From contig JBBRTB010000005.1 in NCBI GenBank assembly GCA_038244815.1, forward strand, positions 92,936-156,935: DNA of 64,000 nt, read 5' to 3'. The DNA comes from Thermoanaerobaculia bacterium. Its GTDB lineage: Bacteria > Acidobacteriota > Thermoanaerobaculia > Gp7-AA8. Under the pieces are notes generated by a model, which was given only the letters and a program-made list of their open reading frames with translations, did no database searches and was not told where the DNA came from. Below are positions 1 through 8,772 of the stretch, piece after piece (positions within the stretch are counted from its first letter, which is position 1; every line of letters starts with the position of its first letter). The position numbers and the translations under genes are program-made.

Positions 1-2028
1 CTTCCGCTCCAGGCGCGCGGGAAGAACGAGTCGTATATCTCGTACGACGATGGTGGGACGGTCGTCCGTCAGGGCGACGACAACCAGCGCGAGATCGACG
101 GGCGCGTGAACCTGCCTGTCTTTCCGGGAGACGAAGTGATCACGAACCGCCGCGGACGCGCCGAAGTGCGTCTCGCTGACGGTAATGTCGTCGGGATCGA
201 CCGGGCCACGTCAATTCTCTTCCGCTCGGTTCTCGACAGCTACGACACGGAGTCGGACGGCACGATCGCCGAGCTCCGCTATGGCAAGGTAGCCGTTCTC
301 CGCACCGGCGATGCCAGCCAGTCATTCCGTCTCGATACGCCCAGCGCAAGCTACTTTGCAGGCAACGAGGCCATCTTCTCCGTGGAGATGGATACGCGCG
401 GCCGGGACCATCTGACCGTGTTCGACGGGCCGGTGGAAGTGCGAACTCCCGCACGCACGTCGCGCGTCCGTTCGGGTGAGACGGCGGACGTCGACGACCG
501 TGGGCTCTACAACCTTGCCAGCGACGGGCAGCCCTCCGCTGATGAGTTCGAGCGCTGGTTCCTGCAGCGCAGCGAGAAGTACAGCAACTCGAACAGCCGC
601 TACCTCGATCGATCGCTGGCGTACTCGGATGAAGATCTTTCGTCGCACGGCACGTGGTCGCTCATCGGAGGCTACGGCTGGGGATGGCGTCCTTCCGTCG
701 GCGCTGGCTGGCGTCCGTACTACAACGGGCAATGGGTCACCGGTCCGTCGGGCTGCCTGACCTGGGCGTCCTACGAGCCGTGGGGATGGGTGCCGTATCA
801 CTACGGCCGATGGGCCTATGACCCGATCTACGGCTGGTTCTGGCTGCCCGGCTCGGCGTATTCGCCCGCCTGGGTGTACTGGATGTACAGCCCCGGCTAC
901 ATCGGCTGGGCTCCGGCCGGCTGGTACGACTGCTACCGGCCGTATTACGACTGGGCCTATCGCCCCTATGCACGCGCGGGATTCGACTTCGGATTCGGGT
1001 TCTATGGACGCGTGCACGTCAATGAGATCGATTTGCGTCCGTGGACGTTCATCAACGCGAATGCGATCGTGTCCGGCCGCGTCGACCGGGCCGCCATCGC
1101 CATCGACATCGTGCGCGCCCGTCTGACGCGCGCCCCCGCGGACCTGGCGACGATTTCCGGCTCACCGGCCCGTTTCGGCCGCAACGATCTGCGCGATCCG
1201 GCCGGCGCGGTGAATGAGATCTATCGCCGCGGTCTCACCGGTGCGACCGGCCAGGTCATACCGGCGACCGATATGACACCGTTCTTCCGGCGTGATGCGG
1301 AGCTTCCTGGCGCCATCCGCGAGCGCATCATCCGCACGCGTCCGGTGGAAGGCACCGTGACGCGTGGCGGCCTGTCGCCGTCAGCGGGAGGAAGCATCGC
1401 GCCGATCGGCACCGGCAGCCTTGCCCCGATCGGAAGGGGAAGCGTCGCACCCATCGGCAGCGGCAGTCCCGCTCCGACGACTGGCGGCACGATTCACCGC
1501 GGTGACGGCGGCAGCGGCACGACGCCCCGGCCCGACAACGGCGGCCGTGTCAATCGCGGCACGCGGTCCTTCGTTCCACCACCGGTATGGCGCAACAGGC
1601 TTACGCCCGTGACGCCCGAGAACGGCAGTTCCACGACCGCGCCGGCTCCCGAAGGAGCTCCAGTGCCTCAGGAGCGTTGGCGCGGCCGGATCGTTCCGCG
1701 CGAGCAGGGAGGGAGCACCGGTTCCCCGCCGGAGCCGGCGGCTGCCACTCCGGGCGGACGCTCGCGCTCGGTCGATCGGGGCAGCAGCAGTGACGTTCCG
1801 CGCCGCGTAATCGACGGGATCGGCGGAACGCGGATCTACCGGGGGGCGGGAGAGCGTCCGGCTCCGCCCCCGCGGGCTCCCGAGGCTCGTCCCCCGGCAC
1901 GCGAGTCTGCACCCCCGCCGGAGCATCACGCTGCGCCACCGCCGGAGCATCACTCTGCGCCCCCGCCGGAGCATCACGACAGCGGCAGCCGCTCCGGTGG
2001 CGGCCGTGTGCACCGCGACAAGAACTGA
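1..2028 (+). CDS. FecR-domain protein (5'-truncated by window edge) with Trp/Tyr-rich central segment and Pro/Gly-rich repetitive C-terminus
   Basis: Frame 1 is open from base 1 with no upstream stop. The N-terminal section (GDEVITNRRGRAEVRLADGNVVGIDRATSILFRS...ELRYGKVAVLRTGD) resembles a FecR domain. Residues around 200-300 are W/Y/G-rich (WGW, YGW, PGY). The C-terminus has SIAPIGTG and APPPEHH repeats. A rho-independent terminator follows. Confidence 0.7.
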   Translation, partial: LPLQARGKNESYISYDDGGTVVRQGDDNQREIDGRVNLPVFPGDEVITNRRGRAEVRLADGNVVGIDRATSILFRSVLDSYDTESDGTIAELRYGKVAVLRTGDASQSFRLDTPSASYFAGNEAIFSVEMDTRGRDHLTVFDGPVEVRTPARTSRVRSGETADVDDRGLYNLASDGQPSADEFERWFLQRSEKYSNSNSRYLDRSLAYSDEDLSSHGTWSLIGGYGWGWRPSVGAGWRPYYNGQWVTGPSGCLTWASYEPWGWVPYHYGRWAYDPIYGWFWLPGSAYSPAWVYWMYSPGYIGWAPAGWYDCYRPYYDWAYRPYARAGFDFGFGFYGRVHVNEIDLRPWTFINANAIVSGRVDRAAIAIDIVRARLTRAPADLATISGSPARFGRNDLRDPAGAVNEIYRRGLTGATGQVIPATDMTPFFRRDAELPGAIRERIIRTRPVEGTVTRGGLSPSAGGSIAPIGTGSLAPIGRGSVAPIGSGSPAPTTGGTIHRGDGGSGTTPRPDNGGRVNRGTRSFVPPPVWRNRLTPVTPENGSSTTAPAPEGAPVPQERWRGRIVPREQGGSTGSPPEPAAATPGGRSRSVDRGSSSDVPRRVIDGIGGTRIYRGAGERPAPPPRAPEARPPARESAPPPEHHAAPPPEHHSAPPPEHHDSGSRSGGGRVHRDKN
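1393..1476 (+). repeat. in-frame 24-bp tandem repeat (about 3.5 units; S-I/L/V-A-P-I-G-x-G) inside FecR-like CDS
   Basis: Direct reading: agcatcgcgccgatcggcaccggc / agccttgccccgatcggaagggga / agcgtcgcacccatcggcagcggc / agtcccgctccg. Confidence 0.8.
1919..1990 (+). repeat. in-frame 3 x 24-bp tandem repeat encoding APPPEHH(A/S/D) at the C-terminus of the FecR-like CDS
   Basis: gcacccccgccggagcatcacgct / gcgccaccgccggagcatcactct / gcgcccccgccggagcatcacgac. Confidence 0.85.
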
Positions 2029-2032
2029 CAAA

Positions 2033-2058
2033 AGGGCCTCTCCGGAGGCCCTTTTCAC
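2033..2058 (+). terminator. rho-independent terminator (agggcctc-tccg-gaggccct followed by tttcac)
   Basis: Perfect 8-bp stem with a 4-nt loop and T-rich tail, 5 nt after the stop of the FecR-like gene. Confidence 0.65.
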
Positions 2059-2094
2059 TCTCGATTCTGCATTCTGGATTCGTAAGTCATCATT

Positions 2095-2100
2095 CATAAT
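2095..2100 (+). promoter_or_regulatory. -10-like hexamer CATAAT 6 nt upstream of the ATG at 2107 (possible leaderless transcript)
   Basis: cattcataat caccgg atg. No Shine-Dalgarno sequence. This geometry recurs at other genes in the window. Confidence 0.3.
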
Positions 2101-2106
2101 CACCGG

Positions 2107-2349
2107 ATGTCGGTCCCGCTCTTCTTTGCGCTCTACTACCTGGAGGCGGGACTTTTTCTCACGGTGATCCCCTGGACCCGCATCTGGACGCTGAACCCGC
2201 TCCTGCATTGGCACGTGGCAGTGGGCTTGTGGGCCGATAATCCCTTCGTGCGTGGATTCGTATCGGGGATCGGCGTGATGCACATTCTCATCGCCGTGAG
2301 AGATATCGTGGTCATCAGCCGCGGCCGCCGTGGGGGCGCCACCGGATGA
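2107..2349 (+). CDS. small hydrophobic membrane protein (80 aa), hypothetical
   Basis: ORF with two clear hydrophobic segments (LFFALYYLEAGLFLTVIPW, VSGIGVMHILIAV). Its end overlaps the start of the MscS gene at 2346, suggesting coupling. Confidence 0.45.
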   Translation: MSVPLFFALYYLEAGLFLTVIPWTRIWTLNPLLHWHVAVGLWADNPFVRGFVSGIGVMHILIAVRDIVVISRGRRGGATG

Positions 2350-3746
2350 AGCGCACCCGCTCGCGCTATTTCTATCCGCTCTTCGTCAGCGCGGTGCTTT
2401 TCGCGCTGTATTACACCGCCCTGAAGTCGTTCGATCCGGACCTCGAGCAGGTTTTCGGACAGAACTTCCACGGCCTGCTGTTCGCCGCGTTCATCCCGCT
2501 GGTTTTGCTGGCCGGCCGGCTGATCGATGCCGTTGTCTTCGATCTGTTTCTCTCGCAGCAGCGTCGCAAGGCCGCCCCGCGCCTGCTGCGCGACGTTGTG
2601 GCGCTCATCATCTACTTCATTCTTTTCTCGATCGCGGCAGTCAGGATTTTCGGCTCTTCGTTCACCAGCCTCTTCACCGCCGGCACCGTCGTCGCCGCCA
2701 TCCTCGGTCTGGCCCTGCAGGAGACCCTGGGGAACCTCTTTTCAGGCATCGCCCTGCACATGGAGGACAGTTTCGCTGTCGGTGACGTGGTGAAGTCGGG
2801 CGACGCCATCGGAGTGGTGCAGGGCGTGACCTGGCGGGCCACCCGGCTGCGCGCGTTCAACAACAACGTGATCATCCTGCCCAACTCGATCATCGCACGC
2901 GACCGCCTGGAGGTGTTTCCGCGCGATCATCTCAACGCCCGCGTGCTGCAGATCGGCGTCGACTACAACGTTCCTCCGGCCACCGTGATCAACGTCCTTA
3001 CACAGGCCGCCGCTCATGTCGACGGAGTGACGCGCGAAATGCCCTGCCTGGCCCGTGTGGGAGCCTTCGGCGATTCCGCCGTTGTGTATGAGGTCAAGTA
3101 CTTCACCCGCGACTACTCCGCGCGTGATCGCATCGACGCCGACGTGCGCAAGGCCGTCTGGTACGCCCTGCGCCGCAACAACATCTCCATCCCCTTTCCC
3201 ATCCGCTCGATTCAGCAATACGAGGCGCCCCGCCATGACCAGCACGACGTCGGGACCGAGGACGTCCGCCGGCGCCTGCAGCGCGTCGACTTCCTGGAGC
3301 CTCTGCCGGAGCCGGCGCAGGAAGCGCTCGTGGAAGCGGCGCGCGTCTGCTTTTATTCGCGCGGCGAGACGATCATCCGGATCGGCAGCGCCGGTGAATC
3401 GATGTTCATCGTCCACGATGGCACCGTGTCCGTGCGCATCCCCGACGACACCGCGGCGGGACGCCACGAAGTCGCCCAGCTCGGTCCGGGAAGCGTGTTC
3501 GGCGAGATGGCTCTGCTCACCGGCGAAGCACGCACCGCCAACGTCATCGCCCTCACCGACGTTACCGCCATCGAGATCACGAAGTCGGCGTTGCAGCCGA
3601 TCCTGCAGAGCCATCCCGAGATCATGCGGGTGATCTCATCGAAGGTCACCGAACGGCGGCTGCGGTTGAGCGAGCTCAAGGCCGCCGACGTGGAAGAGGA
3701 AGAGATGACGCTGGTGACCCGGATCCGTTCCTACTTTGGTCTGTGA
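2346..3746 (+). CDS. mechanosensitive ion channel (MscS family) fused to a C-terminal cyclic-nucleotide-binding domain
   Basis: N-terminal TM helices; MscS core motif (GNLFSGIALHMEDSFAVGDVV...GVVQGVTWRATRLRAFNNNVIILPNSII). C-terminal cNMP-binding fold (GETIIRIGSAGESMFIVHDGTVSV...FGEMALLTGEARTANVIAL). Confidence 0.85.
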   Translation: MKRTRSRYFYPLFVSAVLFALYYTALKSFDPDLEQVFGQNFHGLLFAAFIPLVLLAGRLIDAVVFDLFLSQQRRKAAPRLLRDVVALIIYFILFSIAAVRIFGSSFTSLFTAGTVVAAILGLALQETLGNLFSGIALHMEDSFAVGDVVKSGDAIGVVQGVTWRATRLRAFNNNVIILPNSIIARDRLEVFPRDHLNARVLQIGVDYNVPPATVINVLTQAAAHVDGVTREMPCLARVGAFGDSAVVYEVKYFTRDYSARDRIDADVRKAVWYALRRNNISIPFPIRSIQQYEAPRHDQHDVGTEDVRRRLQRVDFLEPLPEPAQEALVEAARVCFYSRGETIIRIGSAGESMFIVHDGTVSVRIPDDTAAGRHEVAQLGPGSVFGEMALLTGEARTANVIALTDVTAIEITKSALQPILQSHPEIMRVISSKVTERRLRLSELKAADVEEEEMTLVTRIRSYFGL

Positions 3747-5134
3747 TGAAGCGACTGCTGATCGTCGAAGACAAGGAATCGCTCGGTCTGATGCTGCGCG
3801 AGACGGTGGAAGCCGAAGGCTTCGAGGCCGAGATCGCCTCGACCGGAGCGCTGGCCACGCGCTGGCTGGCCGAGGGACGGCGCTATGTGGCGGTGCTGAC
3901 CGACCTGCGCCTGCCCGGCGCCGACGGCATCGCGGTGCTCAAGCAGGCCAGAGAAGCCGACGCCGATTGTCCGGTCATCGTCATGACGGCGTTCGCCACG
4001 ATCGAGAATGCCGTGGAGGCCATGAAGCTCGGCGCGCACGACTTCATCCAGAAGCCCATCGACGTCGATTACCTGCTCCTGCTGCTGCGCCGCTGCCGTG
4101 ACGAGCGCGCCATGCGCTCCGAGAACCTGTTGCTCAGGGACGAGTTCCAGAAGCGATACCGGCTGCCGGCGATCGTCGGGGAGTCGCCGCGCATCGTGGA
4201 GGTGTCGCAGGCAGTCCAGAAAGTGGCCGGCACCGACTCGACGGTGCTGCTGCAGGGAGAATCGGGAACGGGGAAAGAGCTGTTTGCGCGCGCCATCCAT
4301 CAACTGTCGGCCCGGGCGGAGCGGCCGTTCGTGGCCATCAACTGCGCCGCCATTCCCGACACGCTGATCGAGAACGAGCTGTTCGGCCACGAGAAGGGCT
4401 CGTTCACGGGTGCCACCGGACGCCAGCTCGGAAAATTCGAGCTCGCCGATACCGGAACGATCTTTCTCGACGAGATCGCCGAGCTCGGACAGCCCGTGCA
4501 GTCCAAGCTCCTGCGCGTCATTCAGGAACGGCGTTTCGAGCGCATCGGCGGCGGACCGACCCTGGAAGTCGACGTGCGCATCATCTGCGCCACGAATCGC
4601 AATCTGGCGGACGACGTGAAGCAGGGGAGGTTCCGCGAGGATCTGTTCTTCCGCGTGAACGTCTTCCCGATCATCGTCCCGCCTCTGCGGGCACGGCGGG
4701 AGGACATCGACGCGCTCACCGACTTCTTCGTCGTGCGCTTCGCCCGCGAGCTTAACAAACCGCAGTTGCGGGTCGACGACGACGCCCGTGCCCTGATGCG
4801 TGCGTACGACTGGCCGGGCAACATCCGCGAACTGCAGAACTGCATCGAACGCGCGGCCATCCTCTGTGACCGCAGCACCATCAAGCCGGCGGATCTGCAC
4901 ATCCCGGCTGCGGCGGTTCCCACCTCACTCGGTGAGGCCATCGATCTGTCGGGAACGCTGGGCGACGCGGTCGGACGCGCCACGGCCGCGGTCGAGCGCA
5001 TCAAGATCTCCGAAGCCCTGAAGCGCTTCCCCTCTCGCACCGAAGCATCCGAGCGCCTCGGCATTTCGGCGCGCACGCTGCAATCGAAGATCAAGGAGCT
5101 CGGAATCGATGACCGACAGGATCCCGACGTCTAA
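3746..5134 (+). CDS. sigma54-dependent response regulator (NtrC/AtoC family: REC + AAA+ + HTH)
   Basis: Receiver domain (LIVEDKESL...DLRLPGADG), sigma54-interaction Walker A GESGTGKELFARAIH, ESELFGHEKGSFTGA motif, C-terminal Fis-type HTH. The ATG at 3746 overlaps the MscS stop (GTGATGA). Confidence 0.9.
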   Translation: MKRLLIVEDKESLGLMLRETVEAEGFEAEIASTGALATRWLAEGRRYVAVLTDLRLPGADGIAVLKQAREADADCPVIVMTAFATIENAVEAMKLGAHDFIQKPIDVDYLLLLLRRCRDERAMRSENLLLRDEFQKRYRLPAIVGESPRIVEVSQAVQKVAGTDSTVLLQGESGTGKELFARAIHQLSARAERPFVAINCAAIPDTLIENELFGHEKGSFTGATGRQLGKFELADTGTIFLDEIAELGQPVQSKLLRVIQERRFERIGGGPTLEVDVRIICATNRNLADDVKQGRFREDLFFRVNVFPIIVPPLRARREDIDALTDFFVVRFARELNKPQLRVDDDARALMRAYDWPGNIRELQNCIERAAILCDRSTIKPADLHIPAAAVPTSLGEAIDLSGTLGDAVGRATAAVERIKISEALKRFPSRTEASERLGISARTLQSKIKELGIDDRQDPDV

Positions 5135-5342
5135 AGACGTCGTGGCGTGGCTCAACGCACGCTTCGAAGCGCGCAATCTGCCGTACCGCCTCGAGCACAT
5201 CGCCGTCCTGCCCTATGTCAATCCCATGTGGCTCGCCAACTGGGACGTGCCGCAGCTCGCAGACGCCCCCGAGCGCGACGTCATCGACGAGGAGATCCGC
5301 GATGCCAGATGGAAGTTTCCGCAGGTGATGGAGGAGTATTGA
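5109..5342 (+). CDS. hypothetical small protein (77 aa)
   Basis: Non-repetitive ORF overlapping the NtrC 3' end by 26 nt. No recognisable family. Confidence 0.3.
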   Translation: MTDRIPTSKDVVAWLNARFEARNLPYRLEHIAVLPYVNPMWLANWDVPQLADAPERDVIDEEIRDARWKFPQVMEEY

Positions 5343-5345
5343 ATC

Positions 5346-5527
5346 GGGTCGCTGGGTCGCTGGGTCGCTGGGTCGCTGGGTCGCTGGGTCGCCGGGTTGC
5401 CGGGTTGCCGGGTTGCCGGCTCCTAGCCGAGCACCGAGCACCGAGCACCGTCCGTTCCACCGCCCAGATTCCTCGCGCTCTTCGGCGTTCGGAATGACGC
5501 GGCCGGGCGGCCGAGCACCGAGCACCG
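5346..5527. repeat. intergenic short-tandem-repeat block: (GGGTCGCT)x4.6, (GCCGGGTT)x3, (GAGCACC)x3, then (CCGAGCAC)x2
   Basis: Read directly from the sequence, between convergent genes. The heptamers produce a spurious 116-aa ORF (5147..5497). Confidence 0.85.
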
Positions 5528-5530
5528 CGC

Positions 5531-6958
5531 CTAGTGCTCGAGACTCTTCAACACCCTGGCCCGGTACTCCTTCGCCTTTGCGATTACGGCGGGCACGTCC
5601 ACGGTCAGCAGTTTGTGGTCGCGCATCAGAATCTTTCCGTCGCAGATCGTCGTGACGACGGAGTTTCCCGACGCGGCGTAGACGATCGCCGACTCCACGG
5701 AGTACACCGGTTGCGTCCTGGGCTGATTGAAATCGATGATGGCGATGTCGGCGCGCTTGCCCGGTTCGAGCGAGCCGATCTTGTCAGCCATGTTCAGGGC
5801 CCGCGCCCCACCGATCGTGGCGAAGCCGAGGACCTCGCGCGCGCTGAGTGCCTTCGGGTCCATGCGCGTGATCTTCTGCAGCCGCGCCGCGCTGGCCATC
5901 TCCTCGATCATGTCCAGATCGTTGTTCGATCCGGCCGGGCCGTCGGTGCCCAGACCGATGTCGACGCCGGCCCGCTGCATCTGGATGATCGGCGCTACCC
6001 CTGAGGCCAGCATCATGTTGCTCTCAGGGCAGTGCACGACGCCGACTTTGCGTGCCGCAAACATCTGGATCTCGTCGGGGGTGAGCCACACGCCGTGCGC
6101 GGCCACGACGTCGTCGCCCAGGAAGCCGATCGATTCGAGGTAGGTACCTGGCGTCATGCCGTTGGCCCGCTGGGCGATCTGACGCAGTTCGTCTTTCGTC
6201 TCCGAGACATGGATGAGGATCGGCACTCCCAGCTCCGTGGCCAGCTTGCGCACCTGCTGCAGATGCTCCCGCGACACCGTGAACGGTGCATGCGGAGCCA
6301 GCGCGGGGGTGATGAGGCGATCGCCCTTCCATTGCTTCACATACTTCCGCACATAGGCCACGGCATCGTCCCAGGTCTTGTTGTCGGGAGCGGGGAAATC
6401 GATCATGGTCTCGCCGGCCACGGCCCGCAGGCCGGCGGCTTTGGTCTCGCGGGCGATGTCCGACTCGTAGTAATACATGTCCGCGAATGTCGTCGTGCCG
6501 GAGCGGATCATCTCCGCCGCGGCCAGCCGCGTTCCCCACTTCACGAACTCCCGCGACACGTTCTTGGCCTCGGCCGGAAAGATGTAGTTGTTCAGCCAGT
6601 CCATGAGGTCGCGGTCGTCGGCGATGCCGCGGAACAGCGTCATCGGCACATGCGTGTGCGCGTTTACGAAGCCGGGGAGGACGGCCATGCCCTTCGCGTT
6701 GATGGTGGTCTTCGCGGTAAACCGCTTGGCGATGTCGGAGGCTTTGCCGACCGCGGCGATGTCGTGACCGACGATCGCCACCGCACCGTCCTCGATATTC
6801 GGGCCGGCCATGGTGATGACCGTACCGCCGGTGATCACGATGTCGGCCTGGCGGGCGAACGCCCCCGACGCCACAAGGAGAATGGCGGCCACGATTGCAA
6901 ATCTGCGCAAGATCACTCCTCGGTTGAATGAAAACGGATGAGGGAACAGTGTCGGCAC
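5531..6958 (-). CDS. secreted amidohydrolase (MtaD / atrazine-chlorohydrolase / guanine-deaminase superfamily)
   Basis: Signal peptide, then metal-binding HxH (GFVNAHTHVPMT) and downstream HVSE and HCPESN motifs typical of the amidohydrolase_1 fold. GTG start. Confidence 0.85.
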   Translation of the reverse strand: MPTLFPHPFSFNRGVILRRFAIVAAILLVASGAFARQADIVITGGTVITMAGPNIEDGAVAIVGHDIAAVGKASDIAKRFTAKTTINAKGMAVLPGFVNAHTHVPMTLFRGIADDRDLMDWLNNYIFPAEAKNVSREFVKWGTRLAAAEMIRSGTTTFADMYYYESDIARETKAAGLRAVAGETMIDFPAPDNKTWDDAVAYVRKYVKQWKGDRLITPALAPHAPFTVSREHLQQVRKLATELGVPILIHVSETKDELRQIAQRANGMTPGTYLESIGFLGDDVVAAHGVWLTPDEIQMFAARKVGVVHCPESNMMLASGVAPIIQMQRAGVDIGLGTDGPAGSNNDLDMIEEMASAARLQKITRMDPKALSAREVLGFATIGGARALNMADKIGSLEPGKRADIAIIDFNQPRTQPVYSVESAIVYAASGNSVVTTICDGKILMRDHKLLTVDVPAVIAKAKEYRARVLKSLEH

Positions 6959-6961
6959 ATT

Positions 6962-7411
6962 CTATCGTGGCGTCACGCGGCGCGGTCGCTGCTTCGCGGA
7001 AACCGACTTGATGATCAGCCGCCGCGGGCCGGCCATCGGTTTCTCCGACTGTCCCACGGCGCCCGCAATCAGATCCTCGACCTCGGGCTCGTCGAGGTGA
7101 TCGGCCGACGTCAGCCGCACGTGCCGCACGAGTTTTCCGGATCCCTGCAGCAGCCGGTGGGGATCCCGTAGTGTTGCGCCGTGGAGAAAGCAGAGCGTGA
7201 CGTGCTCCGGGAGCAGCAGCAGCGACAGGATCGCCTCGGATGGCCGTTCCGTCGGTCCGAATCCGATGACCAGGCCGTTCCAGTTGTCGTAGACAAGTTC
7301 CACCGCTCCGGGCAGCCGCTTGCGCATCTTGCGCAGCATCGCCCTGGCCGACTTTGCCAGCGCCGGCGTGTACTTCGCCATGAAGGCGTCGAGCTGCTGC
7401 TGCGGAGTCAT
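6962..7411 (-). CDS. DUF1801 (YdhG-like) domain protein, 149 aa
   Basis: The C-terminal 149 codons of a long antisense ORF match the DUF1801 pattern ([47 protein letters not shown]...[31 protein letters not shown]). The ATG is at 7411. The rest of ORF 6962..8683 is antisense to tyrS and was rejected. Confidence 0.65.
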   Translation of the reverse strand: MTPQQQLDAFMAKYTPALAKSARAMLRKMRKRLPGAVELVYDNWNGLVIGFGPTERPSEAILSLLLLPEHVTLCFLHGATLRDPHRLLQGSGKLVRHVRLTSADHLDEPEVEDLIAGAVGQSEKPMAGPRRLIIKSVSAKQRPRRVTPR

Positions 7412-7440
7412 GTTTTCGAGATTCGAGATCCTCAGAAGTC

Positions 7441-7446
7441 TACAAT
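7441..7446 (+). promoter_or_regulatory. -10-like hexamer TACAAT immediately upstream of the tyrS start (leaderless or near-leaderless)
   Basis: tctacaat gccgcctcgc atg. In-frame ATGs at 7445 and 7457. Confidence 0.3.
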
Positions 7447-8659
7447 GCCGCCTCGCATGACACCGGACCAGGAATTCGATTACCTCGCCAAGGGAACGGT
7501 CGACCTGATCGAGAAGGGCGATCTCAAGGCGAAGCTGGCGCGCGCGAAGCGTGATGGCAAACCGCTCACCATCAAAGTGGGTTTCGATCCCACCGCTCCG
7601 GACATCCACCTCGGGCATACCGTGGTGATCCGGAAGATGAAGCACTTCCAGCAGCTCGGCCATCGCGTCGTCTTTCTCATCGGCGACTTCACCGGGATGA
7701 TCGGCGATCCGACCGGAAAGAAGGCCACCCGGCCGCCGCTGACGCGCGAGCAGATCGAGGAGAACGCACACACGTACGAACGCCAGGTGTTCAAGGTTCT
7801 CGATCCCGCCAAGACCGAAGTGCGCTTCAACTCCGAGTGGCTGAGTGCCCTCGGCGCGGAGGGGATGGTGCGACTGGCGGCGAAGTACACGCTGGCCCGG
7901 ATCCTCGAGCGCGACGACTTCCGCAAGCGCTTCCAGGCCAATCAGCCCATCGCCATCCACGAGTTGCTCTACCCGCTGGCGCAGGCATACGACTCCGTGG
8001 CCCTCAAGTGCGACGTGGAGATGGGCGGGACCGATCAGCTCTTCAACCTGCTGGTCGGCCGCGACCTGATGCGCGAGTACGGCCTGGAGCCGCAGGTGGT
8101 CATCACCATGCCGCTGCTCGAAGGCACCGACGGTGTCGAGAAGATGTCGAAGTCCCTCGGCAACTACATCGGCATCGACGAAGCGCCGGGACAGATCTTC
8201 GGCAAGATCATGTCGATCTCCGATGAGCTGATGTGGAAGTACTACACGCTCTGCACCGACCTCACACCAGACCAGATCACAGCGAAGAGGGCGTCCGATC
8301 ATCCGATGGACGCGAAGCGCGAGCTGGCCAAGTCGATCATTCGCGATTTCTACGACGAAGCGGCCGCCGATTCGGCCGAGCAGGAGTTCCGGCGCGTGTT
8401 CAGCGAGCGCCAGGCACCGGCCGACATCGAGGAGAAGGAGTTGACCGCGTCGGATGATCCGCAGCTGGTGAGCAAAGTGCTCACAGCGGCGGGACTGGCG
8501 CCGACGAACAAAGAGGCCCAGCGGCTGATCGCGCAGGGCGGCGTGCTGGTCGATGGTGTGAAGGTGGAGAACCTCAGGCAGACTCTCGACGCCTCTCGCG
8601 GAAAGTCCTATCTCCTCAAGGTGGGGAAGCGCCGGTTCGGAAGAGTGACGTTTACGTAG
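7445..8659 (+). CDS. tyrS: tyrosine--tRNA ligase
   Basis: Class I HIGH motif (PDIHLGH), KMSKS motif (KMSKSLGN), C-terminal S4-like RNA-binding domain. The start may instead be the ATG at 7457. Confidence 0.9.
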   Translation: MPPRMTPDQEFDYLAKGTVDLIEKGDLKAKLARAKRDGKPLTIKVGFDPTAPDIHLGHTVVIRKMKHFQQLGHRVVFLIGDFTGMIGDPTGKKATRPPLTREQIEENAHTYERQVFKVLDPAKTEVRFNSEWLSALGAEGMVRLAAKYTLARILERDDFRKRFQANQPIAIHELLYPLAQAYDSVALKCDVEMGGTDQLFNLLVGRDLMREYGLEPQVVITMPLLEGTDGVEKMSKSLGNYIGIDEAPGQIFGKIMSISDELMWKYYTLCTDLTPDQITAKRASDHPMDAKRELAKSIIRDFYDEAAADSAEQEFRRVFSERQAPADIEEKELTASDDPQLVSKVLTAAGLAPTNKEAQRLIAQGGVLVDGVKVENLRQTLDASRGKSYLLKVGKRRFGRVTFT

Positions 8660-8666
8660 CGGGTTG

Positions 8667-8771
8667 CCTGTTCGCTGGGTCACTGGGTCACTGGGTCGCT
8701 GCTAACTGCTAACCGCTAACCGGTAACCAGTAACCGGGCTACCGGGCAACCCGGCAACCCGGCAACCTGTT
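8667..8771. repeat. intergenic short-tandem-repeat block: (CTGGGTCR)x3, (CTAACYG)x3, (GTAACCR)x2, (GGCAACCC)x3
   Basis: Read directly, between the convergent tyrS and secreted-protein genes. Shares GGGTCGCT and GGCAACCC/GGGTTGCC units with the block at 5346..5527. Confidence 0.85.
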
Positions 8772-8772
8772 C

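Noticed and set aside
5147-5497. 116-aa ORF spanning the heptamer repeat block
   Set aside because: Its translation (VAGSLGRWVAGSLGRRVAG...) is simply a read-through of tandem DNA repeats.
5346-5527. Possible CRISPR array (also 8667..8771)
   Set aside because: Units are 7-8 bp and directly abutting, with no spacers. CRISPR repeats are 24-48 bp and separated by unique spacers. No cas genes are present.
6962-8683. 573-aa ORF on the minus strand
   Set aside because: Most of it is antisense to tyrS, which has unmistakable HIGH and KMSKS motifs, and it is compositionally Arg/Leu-rich as expected for high-GC antisense frames. Only the C-terminal 149 codons (6962..7411) were kept, as a DUF1801 gene.
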